A stretch of 64,000 nucleotides of DNA from contig CAVXCK010000007.1 of the NCBI GenBank assembly GCA_963760315.1, positions 268,481-332,480 of the forward strand. Reading direction: 5' to 3'. The notes under the pieces were generated by a model. It made no database searches, was not told where the DNA came from, and saw only the letters and a list, made by a program, of their open reading frames with translations. The position numbers were made by a program, and so were the translations under genes. The DNA comes from an uncultured Chloroflexia bacterium. GTDB lineage: Bacteria; Chloroflexota; Anaerolineae; Anaerolineales; Villigracilaceae. Below are positions 1-8,994 of the stretch, one piece after another. Position 1 is the first letter of the stretch, and each line of letters starts with the position of its first letter.

Positions 1-551
1 TCCGTGCCCACGGACGCAGCCAGGGAAGGCTGGCGACCTTTGGCTACCTTGAGCGTTACGACGTGCAAGGGGCGGTGAAATTTCTTAAAAGCCGGGGCTT
101 TAGGAGTATCGGCTTGCTGGGATTCTCCTACGGTGCGCTTGCTTCCATGCTCACAGCGCCAGTTTGCCCGGATATTCGGGCAGTGGTGGCAGATGGAGGT
201 CCGACCCGGTTGCGGGTGGCGCTTATCGCTCGCGGGGTCGAGTTCCATATTCCGCGCTGGCTGGCGGGACCCTTGGCTTGGCTGGTCGTTGTGGTAACAT
301 CCGCACGGCTGGGGGTCAATCTATTCCTTTATGAACCGATACGCTGGGTAGGGAAGATCGCCCCGCGTCCCATATTCTTCATCCACGGCGAGTTGGACCT
401 GTACTGCCCAGATTTCGATGAATTGTATTCTGCGGCAGGCGAGCCGAAGGAAGCCTGGCGCCTTGCTGGTGTCGATCACACCAAAGCGAGCGAAACATTC
501 CCCGAAGAATTCCGCAGACGCGTGATCGAGTTCTTTGACCGCAATCTTTGA
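1..551 (+). CDS. alpha/beta-fold hydrolase, C-terminal part (5' end lies outside window)
   Basis: The reading frame of ORF 63..551 stays open to the window edge. It has a GFSYG nucleophile elbow (GxSxG) and a C-terminal HGELD...DH region typical of alpha/beta hydrolases. Confidence 0.6.
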   Translation, partial: RAHGRSQGRLATFGYLERYDVQGAVKFLKSRGFRSIGLLGFSYGALASMLTAPVCPDIRAVVADGGPTRLRVALIARGVEFHIPRWLAGPLAWLVVVVTSARLGVNLFLYEPIRWVGKIAPRPIFFIHGELDLYCPDFDELYSAAGEPKEAWRLAGVDHTKASETFPEEFRRRVIEFFDRNL

Positions 552-554
552 CCG

Positions 555-1636
555 ATGGGCCTGCGTTTGCGCTTTTCCGAATCAGATTGGGAACGCATCT
601 GGCATGACTGGACGGCCTGGTGGGAAGGCGCGTTGGACCGTCCAATGGTGGTGTTGGAATGTACCGAGCGGCTGGACAGGTATGATCCCCAATGTGCAAG
701 TGTTTTTCTTGGCAACTATCCGATGGATACGCCGGCCGCCACAATTCTGGACGAATTTGTTCCCCGTCTCGAAAACACGCATTATCTGGGGATTCCTTCC
801 CGCGTTTTTGGCCGAACTTCGGGCCCGGAATCGTGGCTGCCTTTGCCGGGGCGCAAGTTCATCCTGCTTGGAATACCACTTGGTTCACTCCCGGACAATC
901 CTGTCCCATCACTGACTTGCGCGTAGCCATTGATTGGGAAAATCCTTGATGGCACCGCGTGTACGAAATCACGAGTATGGCTGTCAACCTCTGGGGGCGG
1001 GAATTGGCTGTGGGTTTTACCGACTTGGGAGGCAATCTGGATATAATCGCTTCCCTTTGCGACACACGTCAACTCCTCATGGATCTGGTGAAATTCCCGC
1101 AAGAAATAGACCGGCTAGTCGGAGGGACCACCCGGCTCTGGCTGGCTTGTTATGAACGGCTGTATACGATTATTTATGGTGCGGGAGGCGGTATCACTTG
1201 CTGGGGGCCGTGCTGGTCAAACGTCCGCAGCTACATGCTTCAAAGCGATTTTTCTTACATGATTTCCCCGAAGATGTTCCAGCGTTTTGTCCTGCCGGAC
1301 CTGGAAGCCTGCTGCGCCGTTCTGGATTATGCCTTTTACCACATGGACGGAAAGGGTCAGCTGATCCATGTGGAATCTCTCCTTTCCATACCCCGTTTGC
1401 GCGGGATCCAGTGGGTGCCGGGTTTCGGCAAACCACCTTGCGAAGAGTGGTTGCCGTTGCTTAGTAAAATCCGGGCATCTGGAAAGCTTTGCCAGGTGAC
1501 AGTCTCACCAGAAGGGGCTTTGACCATCATCCGGGAATTGGGTGGAAAAGGTTTCGCCTTTGTGATTGACGAACCGCAATTAACTCCTGCCGAAGGGCAG
1601 GCATTCTTGGAGGAATTGCACGAGATAGAGAAATAA
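555..1636 (+). pseudogene. URO-D/MtaA-like (uroporphyrinogen decarboxylase family) protein, frame disrupted as sequenced
   Basis: Protein continuity runs across ORF pieces 555..926, 692..949 and 959..1636 (motif FWPNFGPGIVAAFAGA plus a long C-terminal piece). There is one frameshift near 790 and an in-frame TGA at 950..952. The family assignment comes from remembered sequence patterns only. Confidence 0.35.
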
Positions 1637-1638
1637 AA

Positions 1639-1662
1639 AAGGTCGACCAGATGGTCGGCCTT
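1639..1662 (-). terminator. Rho-independent terminator for the minus-strand ABM gene (lies between convergent genes)
   Basis: Stem AAGGTCGACC / GGTCGGCCTT with loop agat. On the minus strand it is followed by a T-run (complement of the A-run at 1635..1640). Confidence 0.55.
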
Positions 1663-1670
1663 CTCGCTCT

Positions 1671-1979
1671 CTACTGCTTGATTTTTTCCGGGAAGAGCCG
1701 GTCGACCTGGTTGCTTTCGCTGCGAGTGAGTATTCCCTGTTTATTCAGGATTTCCCTGAATTTCAGCAGGTGCGGAGTTTGCAGATGTATCTCGCGTGCC
1801 TGCATATCGCGGTAGATCTCCAACAGGGTGAAATGAGTGGAATTACCCTGGTCCTGGAATACTTCGAAACGCAGAACCCCTTCCTCCAGAATACTCTTCC
1901 TGGCATCCTCCCGGACAGCGCCTTGGTAGGCCTCGACAAATTCGGGTTTCACATAGTGATTGATTTGAAAAATGACCAT
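1671..1979 (-). CDS. antibiotic-biosynthesis-monooxygenase (ABM/Dabb) domain protein
   Basis: Intact 102-aa ORF. Its size and pattern (MVIFQINHYVKPE...FEVFQD...F.LLEIY) are typical of ABM ferredoxin-like fold proteins. Confidence 0.55.
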   Translation of the reverse strand: MVIFQINHYVKPEFVEAYQGAVREDARKSILEEGVLRFEVFQDQGNSTHFTLLEIYRDMQAREIHLQTPHLLKFREILNKQGILTRSESNQVDRLFPEKIKQ

Positions 1980-1990
1980 GACAGTCGCCT

Positions 1991-2749
1991 CTATTCAGGA
2001 TTGTCCTTCTCTTCAGTCAAAATCATCACTTTATACGCCTCGGCGTATTCCAGCCCGTGTTCCTTGCCTTCTTCTGTTGCCCACTCGCGGATCATTTTTT
2101 CCGGGTCCCAATCTGCCAGCTGGCTGATGTGTTTCTTCAGCGCGGAGATCTTAATGTCAATCGTCGCGGCGATGTCAACCCAGGTGTCTGAATTCTCAGA
2201 TCCGTGAACGTAGAGCCGATTAACTTTATGCGGTTCATAACCAGCTTTGAGCAAATCGGTAAAAATGAGGCGCGTCTCGGAGGAAGGGAAGACGGCGTAC
2301 AGGGCAGCCTGGGCAGCTGCACGGTGGTCGGGATGATTGATATAGCCGTTGCCATAGAAGACGCCCTGCGGGTCGCTGGTGACGACCGCCTCCGGTTTAT
2401 AACGACGAATAAGGCGGGTTAATTCGCGTCGCAAGTTCAGAGAGGGTTCCAGTTCGCCGTCCGGAAAATGCAGGAATATGGTTTCAAGGATGCCCAGTGT
2501 GGTGTTGGCGCTGGACTGTTCAGCTTCGCGAAGGCGGGCAAATTCTGGTTTATAGTCTGCATTCCTCGACGGTTCGTTCGACCCGGCCTCGCCGCTGGTC
2601 ACAATGACCGATATCACCTCGCACCCGGCCTGCACCCAGCGGGCCAGCGTCCCGGCAACGGTGAATTCCTGGTCATCGGGATGTGCGTGGATTGACATCG
2701 CTCGTTTGGGGAAATATTCTTCTTCGCTCATGAGGATGATTTTACTCAA
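1991..2749 (-). CDS. PIG-L/LmbE family N-acetylglucosaminyl deacetylase
   Basis: Intact 252-aa ORF with the AHPDDQEF (HPDDxE) zinc-binding motif and a later HPDH motif. Confidence 0.8.
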   Translation of the reverse strand: MSKIILMSEEEYFPKRAMSIHAHPDDQEFTVAGTLARWVQAGCEVISVIVTSGEAGSNEPSRNADYKPEFARLREAEQSSANTTLGILETIFLHFPDGELEPSLNLRRELTRLIRRYKPEAVVTSDPQGVFYGNGYINHPDHRAAAQAALYAVFPSSETRLIFTDLLKAGYEPHKVNRLYVHGSENSDTWVDIAATIDIKISALKKHISQLADWDPEKMIREWATEEGKEHGLEYAEAYKVMILTEEKDNPE

Positions 2750-2879
2750 TTCATCTCTACCCCGGTTCCATCCGTAGCGCAGTCAATATTATCAGCAAGG
2801 ATAAGTCCGGTTTCTAATTTATAAATGGCTGACAGGATGCTGTTGAAAGGTGTCACTATGAGTTGTCGGAGGCTCGGGT

Positions 2880-4463
2880 TTAAAATTCGAAACAGAGGTA
2901 AGTCATAAACAGGGGTGTGAAGGCTGCTCGTGAGGTCAGTTCCACGTAATCGATTTGTCGGGCAAGCGTTTCAGCCTCCCGGCGCTTGTCCACCGATACG
3001 AGCATCTGTTTTGCCCCTACTCCGGCTGCATTGCCCACCTGGTGGAAGCGGTCCATTGGCAGGGGTGGGAACATCCCCGTGCGCACGGCTGAGCGTAGGT
3101 CGAGGTACGTGCCAAATGCTCCGGCAACAATGAACTCGTCCAAATCGGCGTAAGTCAGCCCGGCGTTTTCCAGCAGGATTTCCACCCCGACCCGGATGGC
3201 GGATTTTGCCAATTGGATTTCATGGACATCCTTGCGGGTGACGACCAGGTCGCGCCCCAGACCCGTCTGCTCGGCAGGAACGATTACGATTTCAGACCCG
3301 ATACCTTTCTTCATAACTCCTGTCGGCTTGACCAGGTTGCCGTCTTGCATTGCCGCGACGATATCTAAAATCCCCGAACCGCAGATACCCACCGGCGGCA
3401 TGTTTTCGATGCTTTGCCATAGGATTTTCCCATCTGACCACCGTGCCCTTTCGATGGAGCCAGGCGCAGCCCGCATGCCTTCATGGATGTGTGCGCCCTC
3501 GAAGGCTGGACCGGAGGCGCATGAGCAGCAGGTGACTTTGCCGTTCGCTACCAGGCTGATCTCTGTGTTCGTGCCGATATCCAAAGCGATGATGGTGCCT
3601 GGCGATTTCCATGCATCGGTCGCCAGCAGCATGGCAATGTGGTCCGATCCCACATACCCGGCGATAACCGGTGGAAGATACGCTTTTGCGCCGGGGCCGA
3701 GATTTAATCCCAGTTCACTGGCGGGGAGGGTTAACGCCTGCGTAATGGCCGGAGCGAATGGAGCACGACCTAGCTGTTCTACGGGTAGCCCTGCGAACAG
3801 GTGGTGCATCGTCGTGTTGCCGACCAGTACGGAGTCCAGTACAGAATTAGGTGTAATGTGCGCCTCCGCACACATCTCCACCAGTAATTTATTCAGCGTT
3901 TTCACGAGTTCTATTTGGAGTCTTTTTGCTCCGTCTGGTTCGCGTCCAGCATACGCGATTCGACTGATGACATCCTCGCCGAAGGCGATTTGCGGGTTCA
4001 TCGCCCCGGATTTGGCTGTCGTCGCACCGGTTTCGAGCTGGACGAGATAGGTCGCCAGCTTGGTGGTGCCGATGTCCACAGCCAAGCCGTATGCTCCCGG
4101 TGTGCGTATCGCCGGGTTAACCGCGATGGACGTTTCCAGCCCTTCCACTTGCAGGCGCTGGGCGCTGGTCAGGGACTCGGGGGGGATATCGAGTTTTACG
4201 TCGCTGAGCGGCTCGGCTTGGCAGGCCAGGCGGATTCCGTTAGCCAGGTCTGATTCGCTCAGGGCGGCCTGTTCCACCAGGGTTGGCGGAGTCAGCTTCC
4301 CGGCAGCCAGTCGGAGGCGGCACTCCTCGCACGTCCCCGCGCCTCCGCATACTGACGCCAGCCCGACTCCAGCGGCCTGGGCAGCAGCCAGAAGGGTCTT
4401 CCCGGCTTGGATTTCAACGCGCCGGCCGAGCGGTTCAAAGTCAATACGGAAGTTCTCAGGCAC
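2880..4463 (-). CDS. corrinoid reductive activator (RACo-type: N-terminal 2Fe-2S ferredoxin domain + ASKHA/DUF4445 ATPase)
   Basis: Intact 527-aa ORF. The N-terminus has plant-type ferredoxin cysteines (CGGAGTCEEC...C), followed by an ASKHA-like body (DIGTTK, DIGTNTE, GSGI motifs). Confidence 0.75.
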   Translation of the reverse strand: MPENFRIDFEPLGRRVEIQAGKTLLAAAQAAGVGLASVCGGAGTCEECRLRLAAGKLTPPTLVEQAALSESDLANGIRLACQAEPLSDVKLDIPPESLTSAQRLQVEGLETSIAVNPAIRTPGAYGLAVDIGTTKLATYLVQLETGATTAKSGAMNPQIAFGEDVISRIAYAGREPDGAKRLQIELVKTLNKLLVEMCAEAHITPNSVLDSVLVGNTTMHHLFAGLPVEQLGRAPFAPAITQALTLPASELGLNLGPGAKAYLPPVIAGYVGSDHIAMLLATDAWKSPGTIIALDIGTNTEISLVANGKVTCCSCASGPAFEGAHIHEGMRAAPGSIERARWSDGKILWQSIENMPPVGICGSGILDIVAAMQDGNLVKPTGVMKKGIGSEIVIVPAEQTGLGRDLVVTRKDVHEIQLAKSAIRVGVEILLENAGLTYADLDEFIVAGAFGTYLDLRSAVRTGMFPPLPMDRFHQVGNAAGVGAKQMLVSVDKRREAETLARQIDYVELTSRAAFTPLFMTYLCFEF

Positions 4464-5133
4464 GGTGGTAGCGGCACCTTTCTCGAAGGCTGCATAGTTC
4501 GCAAAGGTCGGATTGGTTCATTTCCAGTCCGATGCCGACCACGAATGAGATGGATTTCTTCGGGACCATCATCCCGCCAGTGGTGAGCGAGATCCCGGCC
4601 TGGGATGGATCGAGCAGGGCGAATATTTGCGGCTGACCGACTTCAACAGGCCATTCCGGTTCACCGGGACTCAGCGGTGTTGACGATGTCAGGTCTATAG
4701 CCTGCGCCTTTTCCCCGATACGTTCGCAGACTTGCTGGCCGAGGGATTCAATTGCAGCATTACCCAAGCCGTCAAGAGCCACTCCAAGGAGTGGAGATTT
4801 CTCCATCCAGGTGGAGGCAAATGCTTCCAATTCCGGGCCGATGGTGCACACAACCGGAATGACCTGCTCTGCCCCTGCCAGGTGGCGCGCCACCAGCGGG
4901 CTGACAAATGAGTTTCCGCCTTCCAATAGGATTCGCTCATGCTGGTGTTCGACGACCTTGACTGTTTCGATGAGCACAGTCGGATGGAGTTTTGAAAATC
5001 CCTCTGCCAGGGCTGCAGAAGCAGCATTCAGTAACGCTGGTTTCTTGGTTCGCACCAATTTCGGGTCAGCGCCTTCGCCGCGCAGAACATCGTCTGCACT
5101 GAGGGTCAAGTCAAAATCTTCCAAGCGTTCCAT
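4456..5133 (-). CDS. methionine-synthase (MetH) activation-domain-like protein
   Basis: Intact 225-aa ORF that overlaps the downstream RACo gene by 8 nt, implying coupling. Size and pattern resemble the Met_synt_B12-like proteins commonly paired with DUF4445 activators. Confidence 0.45.
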   Translation of the reverse strand: MERLEDFDLTLSADDVLRGEGADPKLVRTKKPALLNAASAALAEGFSKLHPTVLIETVKVVEHQHERILLEGGNSFVSPLVARHLAGAEQVIPVVCTIGPELEAFASTWMEKSPLLGVALDGLGNAAIESLGQQVCERIGEKAQAIDLTSSTPLSPGEPEWPVEVGQPQIFALLDPSQAGISLTTGGMMVPKKSISFVVGIGLEMNQSDLCELCSLRERCRYHRA

Positions 5134-5315
5134 CAGGATGATTTTACTCCAAACCAGCCGCTGATTGTTTTGCAGTAACCTAAGGATCGACCCTTACTCC
5201 CGGCCTCTTTTTACTCTTTCGTAAAGGGAGATGGGAGCTTTCCCGTCTATGCCACTGCTGATGCGCATTGTTGTCATGGGAAAAAGTAACGGCAGTCGTT
5301 TGACACACTCCAATA

Positions 5316-6383
5316 TTGGCACTAAACTGGAAGTATTCCGGAGGAACCATGCAGACTGAATTGACCCAACCTGGCCTTTTGCTGAAACCCGATGGCTTCC
5401 TAGCCCAGGTGGGCTGGGCGCGCCAGCCCCTTCTGGACTGCAACCTGGAGTCCGCCCGCTTCTATGCCCTGCGGCCATTCCAACGTTTCCGTATCAAGCG
5501 GTGGGACTATTACGCTGTTTTCACCCCGAAGCGTTTCTTCTCCGCTACCATCGCAGACCTCGGATATGCTGGCAACATCTTCGTCTATGCTATGGATTTT
5601 GAAACTGGGGAACTCCACGAGGAGGGACTGGTTATTCCGCTGGGGAAAGGTGTAGATCTACCGCGTAACAGCACCGAAGGGGATAGCCATTTTGAGAACG
5701 AAAAAACGAGCCTGACCTTCCACCTGCATTCTGAAAAGCGGCATTTGTCCATTTCCTGGCCGGGGTTCCACGAAGGACGTGGCATCCAGGCCGAAATCAC
5801 GTTGACCTGTCCCGCAGGGTACGAGTCGATGAACATCGTTATCCCGATTGGGAAGAAGCGTTTCTATTACAACCGCAAGATCAACTGCCTGCCCGCCAGT
5901 GGGCAGGTCAAATATGGCGATACCACTGAAGTGCTTAATCCTAAGACCTGCGCGGGTTCCCTTGATTGGGGGCGCGGGGTGTGGGAATACCATTCGAGCT
6001 GGAATTGGGCCAGTGCTTCCGGCTTTTTACCCGATGGGCGGACGGTCGGATTGAATCTAGGTTGCGGCTTTGGCGACCTATCGAAAGCAGGCGAGAATGC
6101 ACTTATCTTGGGAAACCGCATCCATAAACTGGAACAGGTTAAGTTCGATTACGTTTCCGGTGATTATATGAAACCTTGGCGGTTTACCGATCCCGATGGC
6201 CGCATGGACCTGGTCTTCACGCCCTTCAAAGACCGCACAGCCCGAACCAACCTGGGGGTTATCGTTAGCGAAGTCCACCAGATGTTCGGGCGTTATAACG
6301 GCACGATCTTGATGGACGACAGAAAAGACGTCCCAATCAAGGACTTGATTGGATTTGCAGAAGAACATAATGCTCGTTGGTAA
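5316..6383 (+). CDS. DUF2804-family protein (start may be the internal ATG at 5349)
   Basis: Intact 355-aa ORF. The RWDYY motif and overall length are as remembered for DUF2804. No function can be assigned. Confidence 0.5.
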   Translation: MALNWKYSGGTMQTELTQPGLLLKPDGFLAQVGWARQPLLDCNLESARFYALRPFQRFRIKRWDYYAVFTPKRFFSATIADLGYAGNIFVYAMDFETGELHEEGLVIPLGKGVDLPRNSTEGDSHFENEKTSLTFHLHSEKRHLSISWPGFHEGRGIQAEITLTCPAGYESMNIVIPIGKKRFYYNRKINCLPASGQVKYGDTTEVLNPKTCAGSLDWGRGVWEYHSSWNWASASGFLPDGRTVGLNLGCGFGDLSKAGENALILGNRIHKLEQVKFDYVSGDYMKPWRFTDPDGRMDLVFTPFKDRTARTNLGVIVSEVHQMFGRYNGTILMDDRKDVPIKDLIGFAEEHNARW

Positions 6384-6628
6384 AATGTCAATATCGCTGC
6401 CGTGCCAAATCTGTCTAGCCCGCCAAGGTGAATGTATTCACGCGGTCGGAGGATTTGATTAATGAGGTCAACTTTCGTGTGCCATAAGATCGCAAAGTCG
6501 TCCGCAATTCTCGTCAAAGAGGTGACTGGTGCCTAGGCATTCCTGGCGAGGGACCTGAGATGGTGTCTGGTGGGAATAAGACATGCATGGTGGGGTTGCC
6601 CGGACCATCCAAGAATTACAAAATTATT

Positions 6629-6654
6629 CGCCCGGTCAGGTTCACTGCCGGGCG
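6629..6654. terminator. possible terminator hairpin downstream of GH130
   Basis: CGCCCGG(TCAG)...(CTG)CCGGGCG stem with one bulge, and A/T-rich flanks on both strands. Confidence 0.3.
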
Positions 6655-6703
6655 GATGGCTTGTTTTTCATGCACGTATGAGGATTTCGAGTGAAGGCGG
6701 AAC

Positions 6704-7675
6704 TTATAGTTCTGAAGTGCTTATTACAAATTCAAGAATTTCGTCCATTTTGGCGAATGCCATAGCGGTTACTGTATCAGCCCCGCCATAATAGATGGCG
6801 ATTCGACCGGTGGGTTGATCGTATAGTGTTGCGCAAGGGAATGCCACATTCGGTACGTCACCCACGCACTCGTAATAGGTTTGTGGGGAAAGCAGATAGG
6901 GTCCATCGCGATAGAGCACTTTCCAGGGTCGCTCTAAATCGAGGAGTGCTGCGCCAAAACTATAGACAAACCCATTGCACGACGTCAGAACACCATGATA
7001 AAACAACAGCCAACCCTCGGGTGTTTCGATGGGTACCGGGCCGGCTCCGATCTTCGTGCTCTGCCATCCGCCCTTGACGCCCATCACGAAGCGGTGTTCC
7101 CCCCAATGGATCAGATCTGTGCTCTGACTCAGGTAGATATCCCCAAAGGGTGTATGACCATTGTCACTTGGGCGGTTGAGCATCAGATATTTCCCGTTAA
7201 TTCTTCTTGGAAATAACACACCATCACGGTTGAAGGGTAGAAGTGCGTTTTCAAGGAAATGGAATTTTTCAAAATCGAATGTATACCCAATTCCAATGGT
7301 TGGGCCGTGATAACCATTGCACCAGGTCAAGTAGTAGCGATCCTCCAGCCAGAGCACACGCGGGTCGTAGCGGTACTGGTACCAACCAATTTCAGGATCA
7401 TTGCACAGCCATTCAATTGGATCATTTTCCAATTCCCAGGTGATCCCATCTTTACTGAAGCCGCGATTCAAATTCATGTCACGCTTCTTATTGTCACAAC
7501 GGAATACACCCGCAAAACCTTCCCGGAAGGCTACCACTGCGCTGTTGAAAATACTGTTCGAGGAGGGGATCAGGTTGCGGGGAATAATCGGGTTGGCGCT
7601 ATAGCGCCAGACCACCTCAGAACAACCAGCGGGTCGTTCTTCCCAGGGGATGGTAGGAAGGGGAGAATTAATCAT
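6704..7675 (-). CDS. GH130 beta-mannoside phosphorylase (mannosylglucose/mannooligosaccharide phosphorylase type)
   Basis: Intact 323-aa ORF. Strong family pattern: [66 protein letters not shown]. Confidence 0.85.
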   Translation of the reverse strand: MINSPLPTIPWEERPAGCSEVVWRYSANPIIPRNLIPSSNSIFNSAVVAFREGFAGVFRCDNKKRDMNLNRGFSKDGITWELENDPIEWLCNDPEIGWYQYRYDPRVLWLEDRYYLTWCNGYHGPTIGIGYTFDFEKFHFLENALLPFNRDGVLFPRRINGKYLMLNRPSDNGHTPFGDIYLSQSTDLIHWGEHRFVMGVKGGWQSTKIGAGPVPIETPEGWLLFYHGVLTSCNGFVYSFGAALLDLERPWKVLYRDGPYLLSPQTYYECVGDVPNVAFPCATLYDQPTGRIAIYYGGADTVTAMAFAKMDEILEFVISTSEL

Positions 7676-7800
7676 AAGAAAGAAATCTCCTTAATCACGA
7701 AAAAAAGATTATCGAACCTATATGACTTTGCGAAACGTATTTTACACTATTAACGCTGACAAAGCCCTAATAAGAGCTTGCACCATTTCTCACGAAGTAG

Positions 7801-7829
7801 TTGACTCGTAACCAAAAAGCCTGTATAAT
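7801..7829 (+). promoter_or_regulatory. sigma70-type promoter of the lacI-family gene/operon
   Basis: TTGACT (7801..7806), a 17-nt spacer, then TATAAT (7824..7829). Confidence 0.6.
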
Positions 7830-7837
7830 GATTAATA

Positions 7838-7857
7838 GGTTGGGAGCGCTCCCAACC
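7838..7857. promoter_or_regulatory. LacI-family operator, CelR/CebR-type box
   Basis: Perfect 20-bp palindrome GGTTGGGAGCGCTCCCAACC. Its 14-bp core TGGGAGCGCTCCCA (7841..7854) matches the published CelR (Thermobifida) / CebR (Streptomyces) operator. It sits between the -10 box and the ATG at 7864. Confidence 0.7.
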
Positions 7858-7863
7858 ATCCAT

Positions 7864-8945
7864 ATGGCACTCACACTTGAAGATATTGCTCGTCTCAGTG
7901 GCGTTTCCCGCTCGACCGTTTCGCGGGTTATAAATGCTGATACCAATGTTAAAGAGGAAACCCGCCAGAAGGTTTTGCATGTTATCCAGAAGAAGAATTT
8001 TCAACCCAACCTGGCAGCCAGGGGGTTGGCAGCAGGACGAACGAATATCTTCGGTTTGGTCATCCCTGCCGGTTGGAAGTCATCTTCTCGGACCCTTATT
8101 TCCCTCTCCTGATTCAAGGCGTTTCTGAGGCGTGTAATGCTCATAATTTTTCCGTTATGCTCTGGCTAGCAGAACCGGAATACGTGCGTCGAACCATCAG
8201 CCAGATTTTGCATAATGGCCTGGTGAACGGGGTGATCGTATCCTCGACATTAATGGACGACCCGATCGTCAAGTCGTTGTATGAAAATAAAATGCCTTTC
8301 ATTCTGATTGGCCGTCACCCAACTCTGGACGTGAACTATCTCGATGTGGACAACGTCCGGGCAGCCCGGGAAGTGACCCACCACATGATACGCCTGGGCC
8401 GCAAGCGGATTGCTACGATTACCGGTCCGCAGAATCAGTTCGCTAGTTACGATCGTTATCAAGGTTACATGAAAGCCCTAAGCGACCGCAATCTACCGGT
8501 CCTGCCTGAACTCGTCGCCGAGGGGGATTGGACAGAAGCAGGTGGTTATGCTGCTATGCGGCGGTTGATCCCTTATAAACCTGATGCATTGTTCGCGGCT
8601 AATGACGTTATGGCAGCCGGCGCCTTAAGGGCTTTGCATGAAGCCCATATCCATGTGCCTGAGGACGTGGCGATGGTCGGGTTCGATGATACTCCGAATG
8701 CCTCCAGAACCCAGCCCCCCCTCACGACCATGCGCCAGCCCATCCAATCCATGGGCACGTTGGCGGTTGAAACCCTTATCGATATCATCGATCACCCCGG
8801 ATCAGAGACCCGCAGTATTATTGTCGCCACTGAATTGGTGATCCGGGCATCCTGTGGCACTTTGATATCCAAATCCGAAGGAGGTGATAATAGCAAGACC
8901 CCAGTTGATCTGTCAACCCCTACCCTCAATCAGTCTCACCAATGA
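7864..8945 (+). pseudogene. LacI-family transcriptional regulator (cellobiose/beta-glucoside type), one frameshift near 8065
   Basis: HTH segment [24 protein letters not shown], then a periplasmic-binding-fold domain in ORF 8073..8945. Joining the pieces needs one extra base in a T-run (gccggttgg). Confidence 0.85.
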
Positions 8946-8994
8946 GTCGGCAATCCTGCTGACGAAAACCCTATTTTAAGAAGGAGAGTGAAGA

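Noticed and set aside
950-952. The in-frame TGA read as selenocysteine.
   Set aside because: I see no convincing SECIS-like hairpin in the following ~60 nt (only a 4-bp CGTG/CACG stem). Trp (TGG) fits the context, and this family is not a known selenoprotein.
3196-4050. Long antisense ORFs opposite well-supported genes. Examples: 3196..4050 opposite RACo, 12106..12753, 16229..16891, 20111..20788, 35348..36049, 38911..39504, 40504..41256, 49976..50569 and 50860..51444.
   Set aside because: They have Arg/Pro/Gly/Ser-rich low-complexity translations with no recognisable motifs. These are typical shadow ORFs of GC-rich coding sequence, and the opposite strand carries clear family signatures.
6293-6517. 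A 74-aa minus-strand ORF in and after the DUF2804 gene 3' end.
   Set aside because: It overlaps the DUF2804 coding end, has no motif and no RBS, and is probably spurious.
7801-7863. The upstream TTG start (7801) listed for the LacI ORF.
   Set aside because: That stretch contains the -35/-10 promoter and the operator palindrome. The HTH begins right after the ATG at 7864.
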